From Paludibacteraceae bacterium (GTDB lineage Bacteria; Bacteroidota; Bacteroidia; Bacteroidales; Paludibacteraceae): DNA of 64,000 nucleotides. Under the pieces are notes generated by a model. The model saw only the letters and a program-made list of their open reading frames with translations. It did not search any database and had not been told where the DNA came from. The stretch lies in NCBI GenBank assembly GCA_051870755.1, contig JBJECE010000031.1:15242-79241 (forward strand), written 5' to 3'. How positions within the stretch are numbered: position 1 is the stretch's first letter; the number at the start of each line of letters is the position of its first letter. Of the stretch, positions 45,115 to 53,248 are shown piece after piece. The position numbers were made by a program, and so were the translations under genes.

Positions 45115-46827
45115 TTAAAAATTTTCGCCTTGTCGCGCCAACAGTTGAAATGTCGCTTCATAACGGTCGCGCAATCTATCGCACCACCCGAAAATGACGT
45201 AATCGGCCAAGCGCCAATGCAACAAAAGTTCGGCATAACACCGTGCAAATCCACCGGGTTCGGATTGTACAAAAAAGGTGTTCTCGCCCTGAATGTGATG
45301 TCTGATGCAAATTTCGCCACTCACAATGTTAGGCAACGTATACACAAACACAGCCGGCGACACTGCATCACCCATATCAAGCAACGATTGATGTTTCAAA
45401 TCCGTATCCAACGAAGCCGAACGGTTGGACACAATCACGGCCGTGCGAGTAGCATCCGTCGGTAAATCCACATCTGCAAGTAATTTTTCGACACAGACAT
45501 AACCCAACTTACATTGGTCGTCCATCTTGAAAAATTTCAAGTTCGGCGCATGCAACGCACGGTATTCGTCGCGAATACGCACGGCAAAATCGTCAGTCCC
45601 GGAAAGCGTTACCGTTTTCAAACTACAAATATAGTCATTATCCGGCAAACACGCAATAGGCGCACAATCGCGAGTCAATACAAGGGCTGCATTGCAACCA
45701 CCAAAACCCGAAGCGATTTTCAGGCAAGCACTACCCTGCACAATGGGTTGATGTTCGGCTGCGACAGTCATCGGCATCGGCACGCCCAACTCCGCAAATC
45801 CCTTCGTACCAAATACAATCCGATGACGTAACTGCCACACAGCCAAAATGCTTTCAATAACTCCGCAGGCACCGAGCGTATGGCCAAAATAAGGTTTTAC
45901 GCTATTAACAAGAATATCGCTCAAATCGCTCAAAGCCAACGCTTTACTCTCCATCTCGTCATTATAAACAGTCGCTGTGCCATGTGCACTGACAAATGCC
46001 AAATCGTGTTTGGACACCTGCGCTTCGGCCATAGCGGCACGAATAGCATAATGCAAACCGTCGCCCGTGCGCGACGGCCCCGAAATATGGTTAGCGTCAT
46101 TGGTAACAGCGCCGCCGGCGATACAAACTGTCGGGATTGAGGCCAAGGTTTCATCGGCCGTCAGTAACACGGCACCACACGCTTCGCCCATCGACAAGCC
46201 ATCGCGCGACACATCATAAGGCCGACACACTACACCACTCACCGACTTGAACGAGCGAAAACCCGACACCACAAAATCGGTCAACAAATCACCGCCAACC
46301 ACCACAATATGCCTGTAAATCCGCCGTTCGATTAGCCGTGCCGCAACTATCAAAGACGAAATACCCGATATGCAGGCATTGGACACCACAATCGGTTCGG
46401 ACGTAAAACCGCACTTGGAAGCCACACGTTTAGCCATCGTCGGTAAAAACACACGTTCGTCGAGCACTTCATTTGCGACCAACAAATCAATATTACCTTT
46501 CGTCGTAGAGAAAACGATACCGACTGTGTCGTCGGCAATATTGAGTGACGGTACTTGTTGGACGACATGATCAATGGCCGTCAGCATCAATCGTTCCAAG
46601 CGTGTAAACCCTGCTCGGTCAGGTATTTTTGTCCAATCGATACGCCCTGCTGTGAATGGCGCCTCACAAACAGACGTATCGACATGCGTAGTAACACCTG
46701 TTTGGCAGGCCAATATGCGCTCGGCATTGAGGTCGGTACCGCACCCCAGAGCCGACATCATATAGTCGGCCACCCAATAAACCGGTGTTGTGTGTAGCGT
46801 ATTCATATTCTCGGACTGCGAAGGCAT
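45115..46827 (-). CDS. Beta-ketoacyl synthase with an extra C-terminal KS-like half-domain
   Basis: VVSNACISGISS (Cys), SAHGTATVYND and GHTLGACG, plus ~170 additional C-terminal residues. The ATG directly follows the upstream TAA (TAAATG). Confidence 0.8.
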   Translation of the reverse strand: MPSQSENMNTLHTTPVYWVADYMMSALGCGTDLNAERILACQTGVTTHVDTSVCEAPFTAGRIDWTKIPDRAGFTRLERLMLTAIDHVVQQVPSLNIADDTVGIVFSTTKGNIDLLVANEVLDERVFLPTMAKRVASKCGFTSEPIVVSNACISGISSLIVAARLIERRIYRHIVVVGGDLLTDFVVSGFRSFKSVSGVVCRPYDVSRDGLSMGEACGAVLLTADETLASIPTVCIAGGAVTNDANHISGPSRTGDGLHYAIRAAMAEAQVSKHDLAFVSAHGTATVYNDEMESKALALSDLSDILVNSVKPYFGHTLGACGVIESILAVWQLRHRIVFGTKGFAELGVPMPMTVAAEHQPIVQGSACLKIASGFGGCNAALVLTRDCAPIACLPDNDYICSLKTVTLSGTDDFAVRIRDEYRALHAPNLKFFKMDDQCKLGYVCVEKLLADVDLPTDATRTAVIVSNRSASLDTDLKHQSLLDMGDAVSPAVFVYTLPNIVSGEICIRHHIQGENTFFVQSEPGGFARCYAELLLHWRLADYVIFGWCDRLRDRYEATFQLLARQGENF

Positions 46828-48189
46828 TTATGGTCGGCGTAAATATTCCCACAAAGGCCCTTTCTTATTACGTTTCAGGCGCATGGTATCCATCAGCGCA
46901 TTATGCGGTTCGTCTGGAAAAATCCACGCTTTGCCGGTAGCCTGCGCCCAAGCGCGCGCTTCGTCCAACGCGAAATCGGGCGAAATGTAATAACGCGGCT
47001 CCACAAGTGTATCGTCGGGCGACAAAACGCCCTGTGCCACAGCCATCTCGTGCAACTTGGTACGCGGATAGATGCGCATGCCGACATACGGAAAAAACAC
47101 CGTCGATTGCAATCGGCACGAGTTGTCGATGGTAGTACGCAGCGTAGTGCGTGTTTCGCCATAACCGCCTAAAATCAAAAAATGCGCATAGTACACACCA
47201 TATTTGACACACAAATCCGACACGCGTTTCACATCGTCGAATGTGAACAATTTGCCGTACGCAGCCAATGTGTCGTCGCACAACGATTCGGTGCCAAACT
47301 CCACATGCGTCAAACCGGAAGCTTGAAAGAGGCGCAAATGCTCTTCCGACAAATTGTGCGGCGAGAAATACGCGCCCCAATGTATGTCCAAATGTTCGGC
47401 TACCAAACGTTCGGCCAATGCCACGTTGTAGGCGTTGTTGATGTTGAAAACCGAATCGGTAAAGAAAAAATAATCGATATTTTTATCACGTTTCAAACGC
47501 GCCATATCAGCCACTATTTTTTCGACATCCAACGTGCGCACCCTGCAACCATCGATGCACGGATACGAGCAGTAGATGCAATGATACGGACACCCACGCT
47601 TGGTTTGGATGTTCAACATGCCGCTGTAGCGCCAATAGTAATCGACCAAATCGTCCTCGAACGTTACATCAAGCGTCTGCAAATAACGCGTATGCGGCAG
47701 TCGAGGCGCTTTTTCGTGCGGCAAAATCAGCCCTTCGATGTTGTCCAAAGGCGCATTATGTGCCAAGTTTTCAATCAGTTGGCACAGACTACCCTCGCCT
47801 TCGCCCACGATGCCCGAATCGGCTTGCAATCTGTCCATAAAATGTTGTGGGAATATGGAAAAGCCGGCACCACCAATCGACAGATGCGCCTTGGTTGCCC
47901 GCCTGACAATGTCTATAATTTCGGCATAAGCATCGACAAAATTGCCCTGCTCCAACGAATTGGCGCCATCGACATTGCGCAACGACACGCCCACAAAAAA
48001 CGGATCGTCCGCCACAACAGCATCGTACAACTCGCTATTTGTCAGTCGATTGCAATCCAATATACGAACGCTATACTCATCGTGCGGCAGATGTGCCGAC
48101 AAATAGGTTTTGAGATACGACACACCCAGCGGATAGACAGGATAGGGATCGCAAAAACGATTTGCCGAGATGAGTAAAATCTGTTTCAT
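46828..48189 (-). CDS. B12-binding-domain radical SAM enzyme (class B)
   Basis: N-terminal B12-binding-like ILLISANRFCDPYPVYPLGVSYL, and the radical SAM motif CPYHCIYCSYP. The ATG at 48189 overlaps the upstream TGA (ATGA). Confidence 0.8.
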   Translation of the reverse strand: MKQILLISANRFCDPYPVYPLGVSYLKTYLSAHLPHDEYSVRILDCNRLTNSELYDAVVADDPFFVGVSLRNVDGANSLEQGNFVDAYAEIIDIVRRATKAHLSIGGAGFSIFPQHFMDRLQADSGIVGEGEGSLCQLIENLAHNAPLDNIEGLILPHEKAPRLPHTRYLQTLDVTFEDDLVDYYWRYSGMLNIQTKRGCPYHCIYCSYPCIDGCRVRTLDVEKIVADMARLKRDKNIDYFFFTDSVFNINNAYNVALAERLVAEHLDIHWGAYFSPHNLSEEHLRLFQASGLTHVEFGTESLCDDTLAAYGKLFTFDDVKRVSDLCVKYGVYYAHFLILGGYGETRTTLRTTIDNSCRLQSTVFFPYVGMRIYPRTKLHEMAVAQGVLSPDDTLVEPRYYISPDFALDEARAWAQATGKAWIFPDEPHNALMDTMRLKRNKKGPLWEYLRRP

Positions 48190-49076
48190 TTCCAAAATTG
48201 ATAGAAGTTAAACCACATCTGCGGATGGGTACGCACCACTTGTTCCAACGAGGCTACATATTGCGCCAACAAATCGTGTTTATCGCACCGCCGACCGCCA
48301 AGATCGGCTATCACAAATTTGAACGTGTAACCACCATTTTCACGCAACGAATAAAAAAAGACGACCGGCACACGCAGTTTGGACGCCAACAAGAACGGTC
48401 CTTCGGGAAAATTGGCCGCGCGCCCCATAAACTCGGCCTTCAACGTATGCTCGTCATTCGTATAGCGGTCGCCCTGAAAACAGACATACTCGCCGGCATT
48501 CAACGCTTTTTTGATGGTCAGCATCGTGTCGAGCACATCGGTCTTGTTGATAGGAATGACATTGAACGCACGCTCCTGAAAATCGACATACTTTTTCAAC
48601 TGTTCGTACTCCTGATCGACCAAAACGACGTGCATCTTGCGACCATAGTTGCCAAAAAAACTTGCACTCATTTGCCACGCCCCGACATGCGCGCCTATCA
48701 ACACGGCACCCTTGCCGGCATTCAGCACATCGAGAAACGCATCGTAATTGTCGAACGTATAACGAAATTTATCGTGCAAACCATGCTGAATGGCCATTTT
48801 GTCGATAAGGCACTGCCCGAAACGCACATAGTGCAAATACAGCGACCATATCGATTTGAGCACGCCATAGTGCAATATGCGCCGATAATAATACCAAATA
48901 GCCTTGGTGGCTTGTGGCGCAAACGGTATGAAATAAGGTGCTACATACAACAAATTGGCATAAGCAAAACGCACGCCAAAATGTTTGATAAAGAACACAA
49001 AAATCCTGTATCCCAGCGGATTACCACGCGATTTAGCTGTCCATTGTTGCTCCGACATAGTTTTCTGATTGCTCAT
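48186..49076 (-). CDS. LpxL/HtrB-like lipid A biosynthesis-type acyltransferase
   Basis: N-terminal TM segment, the GAHVGAWQM motif (H-x-G-x-W-E/Q), and a ~296-aa size as in the Lip_A_acyltrans family. Confidence 0.7.
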   Translation of the reverse strand: MSNQKTMSEQQWTAKSRGNPLGYRIFVFFIKHFGVRFAYANLLYVAPYFIPFAPQATKAIWYYYRRILHYGVLKSIWSLYLHYVRFGQCLIDKMAIQHGLHDKFRYTFDNYDAFLDVLNAGKGAVLIGAHVGAWQMSASFFGNYGRKMHVVLVDQEYEQLKKYVDFQERAFNVIPINKTDVLDTMLTIKKALNAGEYVCFQGDRYTNDEHTLKAEFMGRAANFPEGPFLLASKLRVPVVFFYSLRENGGYTFKFVIADLGGRRCDKHDLLAQYVASLEQVVRTHPQMWFNFYQFWK

Positions 49077-49156
49077 CTGTTCACTACTCTATTCCAACGC
49101 TCCACGGCAATCAGCACCACACATCTCGAACGACTTTTTTGTATGCACAACCATTC

Positions 49157-49399
49157 TTATCGGGCACGTGCGGCCAACAAATCGACCAACTGCCCAAACG
49201 TGCGACAATGTACAAAATCTTCCGAGGTCAGTTTCACCTCAAACTCTTGGTTCAACAATACGATGACATCGACCATATCCAAACTATCGAAACCTAAATC
49301 GTCTTTGAGCAACGCGTCGGCCGAAAATTTTTCGCGCGCCACTTCGAACTCGTCGCACAAACACGCTATCAGTTTGTCGGTAATTTGCTGTTTATCCAT
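49157..49399 (-). CDS. Acyl carrier protein (second ACP)
   Basis: 80 aa with DLGFDSLDMVD. Confidence 0.8.
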   Translation of the reverse strand: MDKQQITDKLIACLCDEFEVAREKFSADALLKDDLGFDSLDMVDVIVLLNQEFEVKLTSEDFVHCRTFGQLVDLLAARAR

Positions 49400-49425
49400 G
49401 CTTTGTTCTGTTTTTTTTGAGTGGT

Positions 49426-50922
49426 CTATTTCTTTTTCAGATAGTCAATAAGTTGCTCTATCTCTTTGTATTTCGGTGTATCGTCGATAAACACCGGCAC
49501 TATAGCCCGCACATCGTCGTAGATTTTGCGCGTGGCCGGAGCCAATTTGTCGGCTATTTTCAGACAATCGACTGCTTGCACCAACGCCATATAGTGAATT
49601 GCCATCACCTGAAACGCATTATCGACCACACGCCGGCAAATCAACGCCGAGTTGGTACCCATGCTCACAATATCCTGATTGTCATTGTTGTTCGGAATGC
49701 TGTGCACATAGTTTGGCATCGACAGCGTTTGGCACTCAGCCGTTGTCGATGTAGCGGTAAACTGCGATGCCTGCAGGCCGTAGTTCAGTCCCAGCACGCC
49801 CAAATTGACAAACGGTGGCAAAATGCCGTTGATGCGGTCGTGGAACAGATAATTCATCTGCCGCTCCATCAACATCGTCATTTTGGTAACGGCTATTTTC
49901 AGTTTGTCCATCTCGAACGACACATAGTCGCCATGGAAATTGCCGCCGTGGTAAACGGTGCGCGTTTCAGGGTCAACAATCGGATTGTCGTCGGCAGCAT
50001 TCAGTTCTTCGACAAGAATTTTCTCTGTGAATTGCAACACTTCGAGTACCGGCCCGAGTATCTGCGGCACACAACGCAACGAATAGTAGGGTTGCACTTT
50101 GTGGTCGAATGTGGCTTCATCGTGATGATTGTAGAGTTTTTCGGCGCGTTTGAACAAGCATTTGCTACCGGCCGACAAGCGGCGCATCTCGGCAGCCACG
50201 GCATTTTGTCCGTCATGATTTTTCAAGCTGTTCAACTCATCGGCCATGAAGTCGTCGTACGACGACACAATCTCATTCACCAACACCGATGCCGTCAGCG
50301 CCGCATTATACAACTGTTTGGCGCGTATCAGATTCACCAATCCGATGCCCGTCATCACTGCCGTGCCGTTGGTGATGGCCAACCCTTCGCGCAAATACAT
50401 TTTCAACGGCGTCAAACCATTTTCGCGCATCACATCGGCCGCCAAGCGACGTTCTCCTTTGTAAAACACGTCGCCTTCGCCTATCAGCGCCAATGCCAAA
50501 TGTGCCAACTGCACCAAATCGCCACTTGCGCCAACGCTGCCGTGTTCGGGTATCACGGGAATAATATCGCGATTGATAAACTCTTGCAACAACGTGATAG
50601 TATCGACATGAATGCCCGATTTACCGTTCAAAAACGTGCACAAACGCGACACCATGGCCGCTTTCACACACTCAATCGGCAGCGGCCGACCGGCACCCGT
50701 CGAATGGCTGCGAATAATGTTGTATTGCAACTGCAACAAATTTTCGTCCGACACGCGATACTGCGCCATCGGACCAAAACCGGTATTGATGCCGTAAATC
50801 ACTTTGTCTTTGGCAAAATGTTCCAAAAAATGATAGCACAATTCCACCTTTTGGCGGTCATCGTTACCGACAATCAACGGCTTACCATCAAATACAATCG
50901 CTTCTAACTCATTCAGTTTCAC
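49426..50922 (-). CDS. Aromatic amino acid ammonia-lyase (HAL/PAL/TAL family, MIO enzyme)
   Basis: GINTGFG, the MIO triad in GSVGASGDL (Ala132-Ser133-Gly134), QPYYSLRC and NQDIVSMG. Apparent GTG start at 50922. Confidence 0.88.
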   Translation of the reverse strand: MKLNELEAIVFDGKPLIVGNDDRQKVELCYHFLEHFAKDKVIYGINTGFGPMAQYRVSDENLLQLQYNIIRSHSTGAGRPLPIECVKAAMVSRLCTFLNGKSGIHVDTITLLQEFINRDIIPVIPEHGSVGASGDLVQLAHLALALIGEGDVFYKGERRLAADVMRENGLTPLKMYLREGLAITNGTAVMTGIGLVNLIRAKQLYNAALTASVLVNEIVSSYDDFMADELNSLKNHDGQNAVAAEMRRLSAGSKCLFKRAEKLYNHHDEATFDHKVQPYYSLRCVPQILGPVLEVLQFTEKILVEELNAADDNPIVDPETRTVYHGGNFHGDYVSFEMDKLKIAVTKMTMLMERQMNYLFHDRINGILPPFVNLGVLGLNYGLQASQFTATSTTAECQTLSMPNYVHSIPNNNDNQDIVSMGTNSALICRRVVDNAFQVMAIHYMALVQAVDCLKIADKLAPATRKIYDDVRAIVPVFIDDTPKYKEIEQLIDYLKKK

Positions 50923-50961
50923 TGCGTTTCTACAATTTTGATTCTATATGCAATAAGTTTG

Positions 50962-50969
50962 CAAAATTA
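50962..50969 (-). promoter_or_regulatory. -7 box TAatTTTG at the head of the biosynthetic gene array
   Basis: Plus strand reads CAAAATTA, 40 nt upstream of the first gene. No larger gap occurs until 30793. Confidence 0.45.
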
Positions 50970-50996
50970 CTAATTTTATACGTCAAATCAAATACT

Positions 50997-51018
50997 ATGT
51001 TGTATATTTTTACAACAT
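50997..51018 (-). terminator. AT-rich hairpin after the transglutaminase-like gene
   Basis: 8-bp stem ATGTTGTA/TACAACAT with a 6-nt loop, 7 nt after the stop. No clear U-tract. Confidence 0.3.
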
Positions 51019-51024
51019 TCTTCA

Positions 51025-52038
51025 CTATTTATTCAGAATATATTTCGTCCCATTTTGAATGACGATGCCACAATAATCGGCATCGACACGCTGTCCGGCC
51101 ACATTGTACATCGGTTGGTGTGGGTCGAACGACGGTGCTTCGGGGTGCTGTTCGAGACTTGTAGGATGCTCCACCGGCTCCGGACAATCGTCGGCCGACA
51201 AAGTCGGTAAACTGCTGTAAGGCACTTCCTCGGCCGGAATGGTGTAGTGCGCATCGAAATAGGTTTGACCGCGCAAAAATCCGTCGTAGCCGCAATGTCC
51301 GGCAAAGGCACCATCGGTGGTGAGGTCAACCACATACCATTTTCCATCGATTTCGACGTGATTCCAAGCATGCCGGCCATTGGAATTGCTGCCGGCCACA
51401 TACACGCATCGGATGCCGACACCTTGACAGAGATAGAGAAATGCGCGCGAAAAGCCTTCGCAAACAGCCCGTTTTTCGATCAGTGCACCTTTGATATTAC
51501 CAGCATTAGCACCGCTCATATTGCCATAACTCACTTCGGCAATGAAACCGTCGTGCAGCACCTTCACCTTATGATAAGCACTCATGCCGGGCGTAATCGG
51601 TGCCGTTATTTTACGGAAAACCGTATCAATCGTCAGCAAATCGTGCAAAAAACTTTCGGGTGTATTGACCGTCGAAATGCGCGCCTGATAGGTGTAAGTG
51701 TCATAGTTGTAGCGCGGAATGTAATTGAACAACACCCACAACTGCGGCACATCGTTGTACATGCGCCGCAGCATGGCAGTCAGCGCATTAATATCGCTAC
51801 TCCACGGAATATCCACGCGGTGGTCGATGCCGCCGGCCTTGTTGGCATCGAACTGCAGAATGGCCGTCAGAATGGCTTCGTACTTGGCTTGGTCGACCGG
51901 CGATAGTTCGCTGTAACCATACCGAAAAACTTCGCTGCTGCTCGGCACAAGTGCCAATATGCTGTCTTTCAGCGTAGCCGCCGATAGTGTCATGGTCAAG
52001 AGCCACAAACCGGCCAAAAGGCGTATGCGTTTTTTCAT
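51025..52038 (-). CDS. Secreted transglutaminase-like cysteine protease-fold protein
   Basis: Signal peptide MKKRIRLLAGLWLLTMTLSA. Core Cys in RAVCEGFSRAF, then HAWNHVEIDGKWYVVDLT supplying the His and Asp. Confidence 0.75.
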   Translation of the reverse strand: MKKRIRLLAGLWLLTMTLSAATLKDSILALVPSSSEVFRYGYSELSPVDQAKYEAILTAILQFDANKAGGIDHRVDIPWSSDINALTAMLRRMYNDVPQLWVLFNYIPRYNYDTYTYQARISTVNTPESFLHDLLTIDTVFRKITAPITPGMSAYHKVKVLHDGFIAEVSYGNMSGANAGNIKGALIEKRAVCEGFSRAFLYLCQGVGIRCVYVAGSNSNGRHAWNHVEIDGKWYVVDLTTDGAFAGHCGYDGFLRGQTYFDAHYTIPAEEVPYSSLPTLSADDCPEPVEHPTSLEQHPEAPSFDPHQPMYNVAGQRVDADYCGIVIQNGTKYILNK

Positions 52039-52061
52039 GGAATTTAAGATATTTCAATCTG

Positions 52062-52069
52062 CAAAAATA
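52062..52069 (-). promoter_or_regulatory. -7 box TAttTTTG for the transglutaminase-like gene
   Basis: Plus strand reads CAAAAATA, 24 nt upstream of the ATG at 52038. Confidence 0.45.
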
Positions 52070-52277
52070 ATATAAAAATCGACGAATCCAAAGCAGAACG
52101 GCAAATTTTATATTTAGCAACTTTAATTAACTTTTTAACATAAAAGTCGAGTCAAACAAATGTTCAACTCGACGTGCGCAATTGTTGTCCGCAGGCAACA
52201 ATCACAATACTACAGAAGAATGCGTGTACACATAAATGTACGCGCGTTCTGTGGTTTGAATATTGATTTTCAGGTAC

Positions 52278-52496
52278 TTACTGCATCGCAGCCATCATTT
52301 CATACAAATACGCCGGACTTTGAATATAGAGTTCGTTTGCTTCGTCTTGCAAGGCAGGCATCAACGCAGAATTATAGACATTGTCCATCGCTTGTTCCAG
52401 AGTGCAACCGGTATCTTCCATTACATAACGTACCAACTCGCTCAATACATAGTCGGTCAGATAAGTCGCTATTTGGTGATGATTGGGCCTGGTCAT
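52278..52496 (-). CDS. DUF3791-like small helical protein (copy 2)
   Basis: 72 aa. The ATG overlaps the upstream TGA (ATGA). Size and helical pattern fit DUF3791, which usually accompanies DUF3990. Confidence 0.6.
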   Translation of the reverse strand: MTRPNHHQIATYLTDYVLSELVRYVMEDTGCTLEQAMDNVYNSALMPALQDEANELYIQSPAYLYEMMAAMQ

Positions 52497-52981
52497 AATG
52501 TTTCCACCTTTATCTTTTGAATAAATCGCAAAGCCTGCTCGGAACCAAAATAATATTGTTGATCCAAATACTTATCTTGAAGGCGGTGTGCTGCTTCTTC
52601 CAGCGTATAGATATTCTCATGGTAGTTGGTAATCTGCAATGCGACTCCGTCATCTGCAATTGGTCCTATGACAATATCGTAATCATGTATAGGTTGTCGT
52701 TTCGCTCTGTCACGATTCGCATCTACAAACAAGAACCACTCCACCGTTGCCTTCTCCGGAAAGACTTTCACTTTGAGATTGGATTGCAAAGCCGCCTCAT
52801 CGAAATCATAACTAATCAGAGTGGCATGGCCTCCGAAAAGACGTGCTCTCTTAATAGCCATACGAATAGCAGTTTCACGTTCAGGCGTTAGATAGAATCC
52901 TTTGCCAAAATCCTTATGATTCAAGCTGCGCGAAATATCTATGGATTCAATATCCATATTTGTTCCATGATAAAGTATCAT
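52493..52981 (-). CDS. DUF3990 domain protein
   Basis: The ATG at 52981 gives MILYHGTNMDIESIDISRSLNHKDFGKGFYLT, the hallmark DUF3990 opening. It has ATGA overlaps at both ends. Confidence 0.7.
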   Translation of the reverse strand: MILYHGTNMDIESIDISRSLNHKDFGKGFYLTPERETAIRMAIKRARLFGGHATLISYDFDEAALQSNLKVKVFPEKATVEWFLFVDANRDRAKRQPIHDYDIVIGPIADDGVALQITNYHENIYTLEEAAHRLQDKYLDQQYYFGSEQALRFIQKIKVETL

Positions 52982-53193
52982 GCCAGGGTTCCTCCATTTT
53001 GGCGGCAAACATGAATCAAATCATCGACCGTTTCATCCATCGACTGCAAGTGCTCCACATCATAAAACTCCACTAAAAACGCAAGTGCCTTATATTCTTG
53101 GAGATAGCGGAATGCGGCTTGCCGCGTCATGGCAAACCGTCGTGCAAACGCATGTATCGCACTCGTCAAAAATGGAATTTCGTACTTGTTCAT
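52978..53193 (-). CDS. DUF3791-like small helical protein (copy 1)
   Basis: The ATG at 53193 gives MNKYEIPFLTSAIHAFARRFAMTRQAAFRYL. 71 aa. Confidence 0.6.
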   Translation of the reverse strand: MNKYEIPFLTSAIHAFARRFAMTRQAAFRYLQEYKALAFLVEFYDVEHLQSMDETVDDLIHVCRQNGGTLA

Positions 53194-53203
53194 ATTCAAA
53201 ATT

Positions 53204-53240
53204 ATCAAAAAGAGCGCGCGTACTTGCGCGCTCTTTTGAT
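53204..53240 (-). terminator. Rho-independent terminator of nifJ
   Basis: GC-rich stem AAAAGAGCGCGC / GCGCGCTCTTTT with the loop GTACTT. On the minus strand a T-rich run (TTTTTGATAATTTT) follows. It begins 9 nt after the nifJ stop. Confidence 0.8.
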
Positions 53241-53248
53241 AACACCAT

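Noticed and set aside
49417-50907. A 496-aa plus-strand ORF almost exactly mirrors the ammonia-lyase gene. Similar long shadow ORFs lie at 19405-20580, 22532-23776, 35383-36750, 48198-49451, 53345-55297, 58205-59743 and 62043-63542.
   Set aside because: Each lies antisense to a gene with unambiguous family motifs. Their translations are low-information (rich in F/V/H/R/Q) with no recognisable domains. Long stop-free antisense frames are an expected by-product of the host codon bias.
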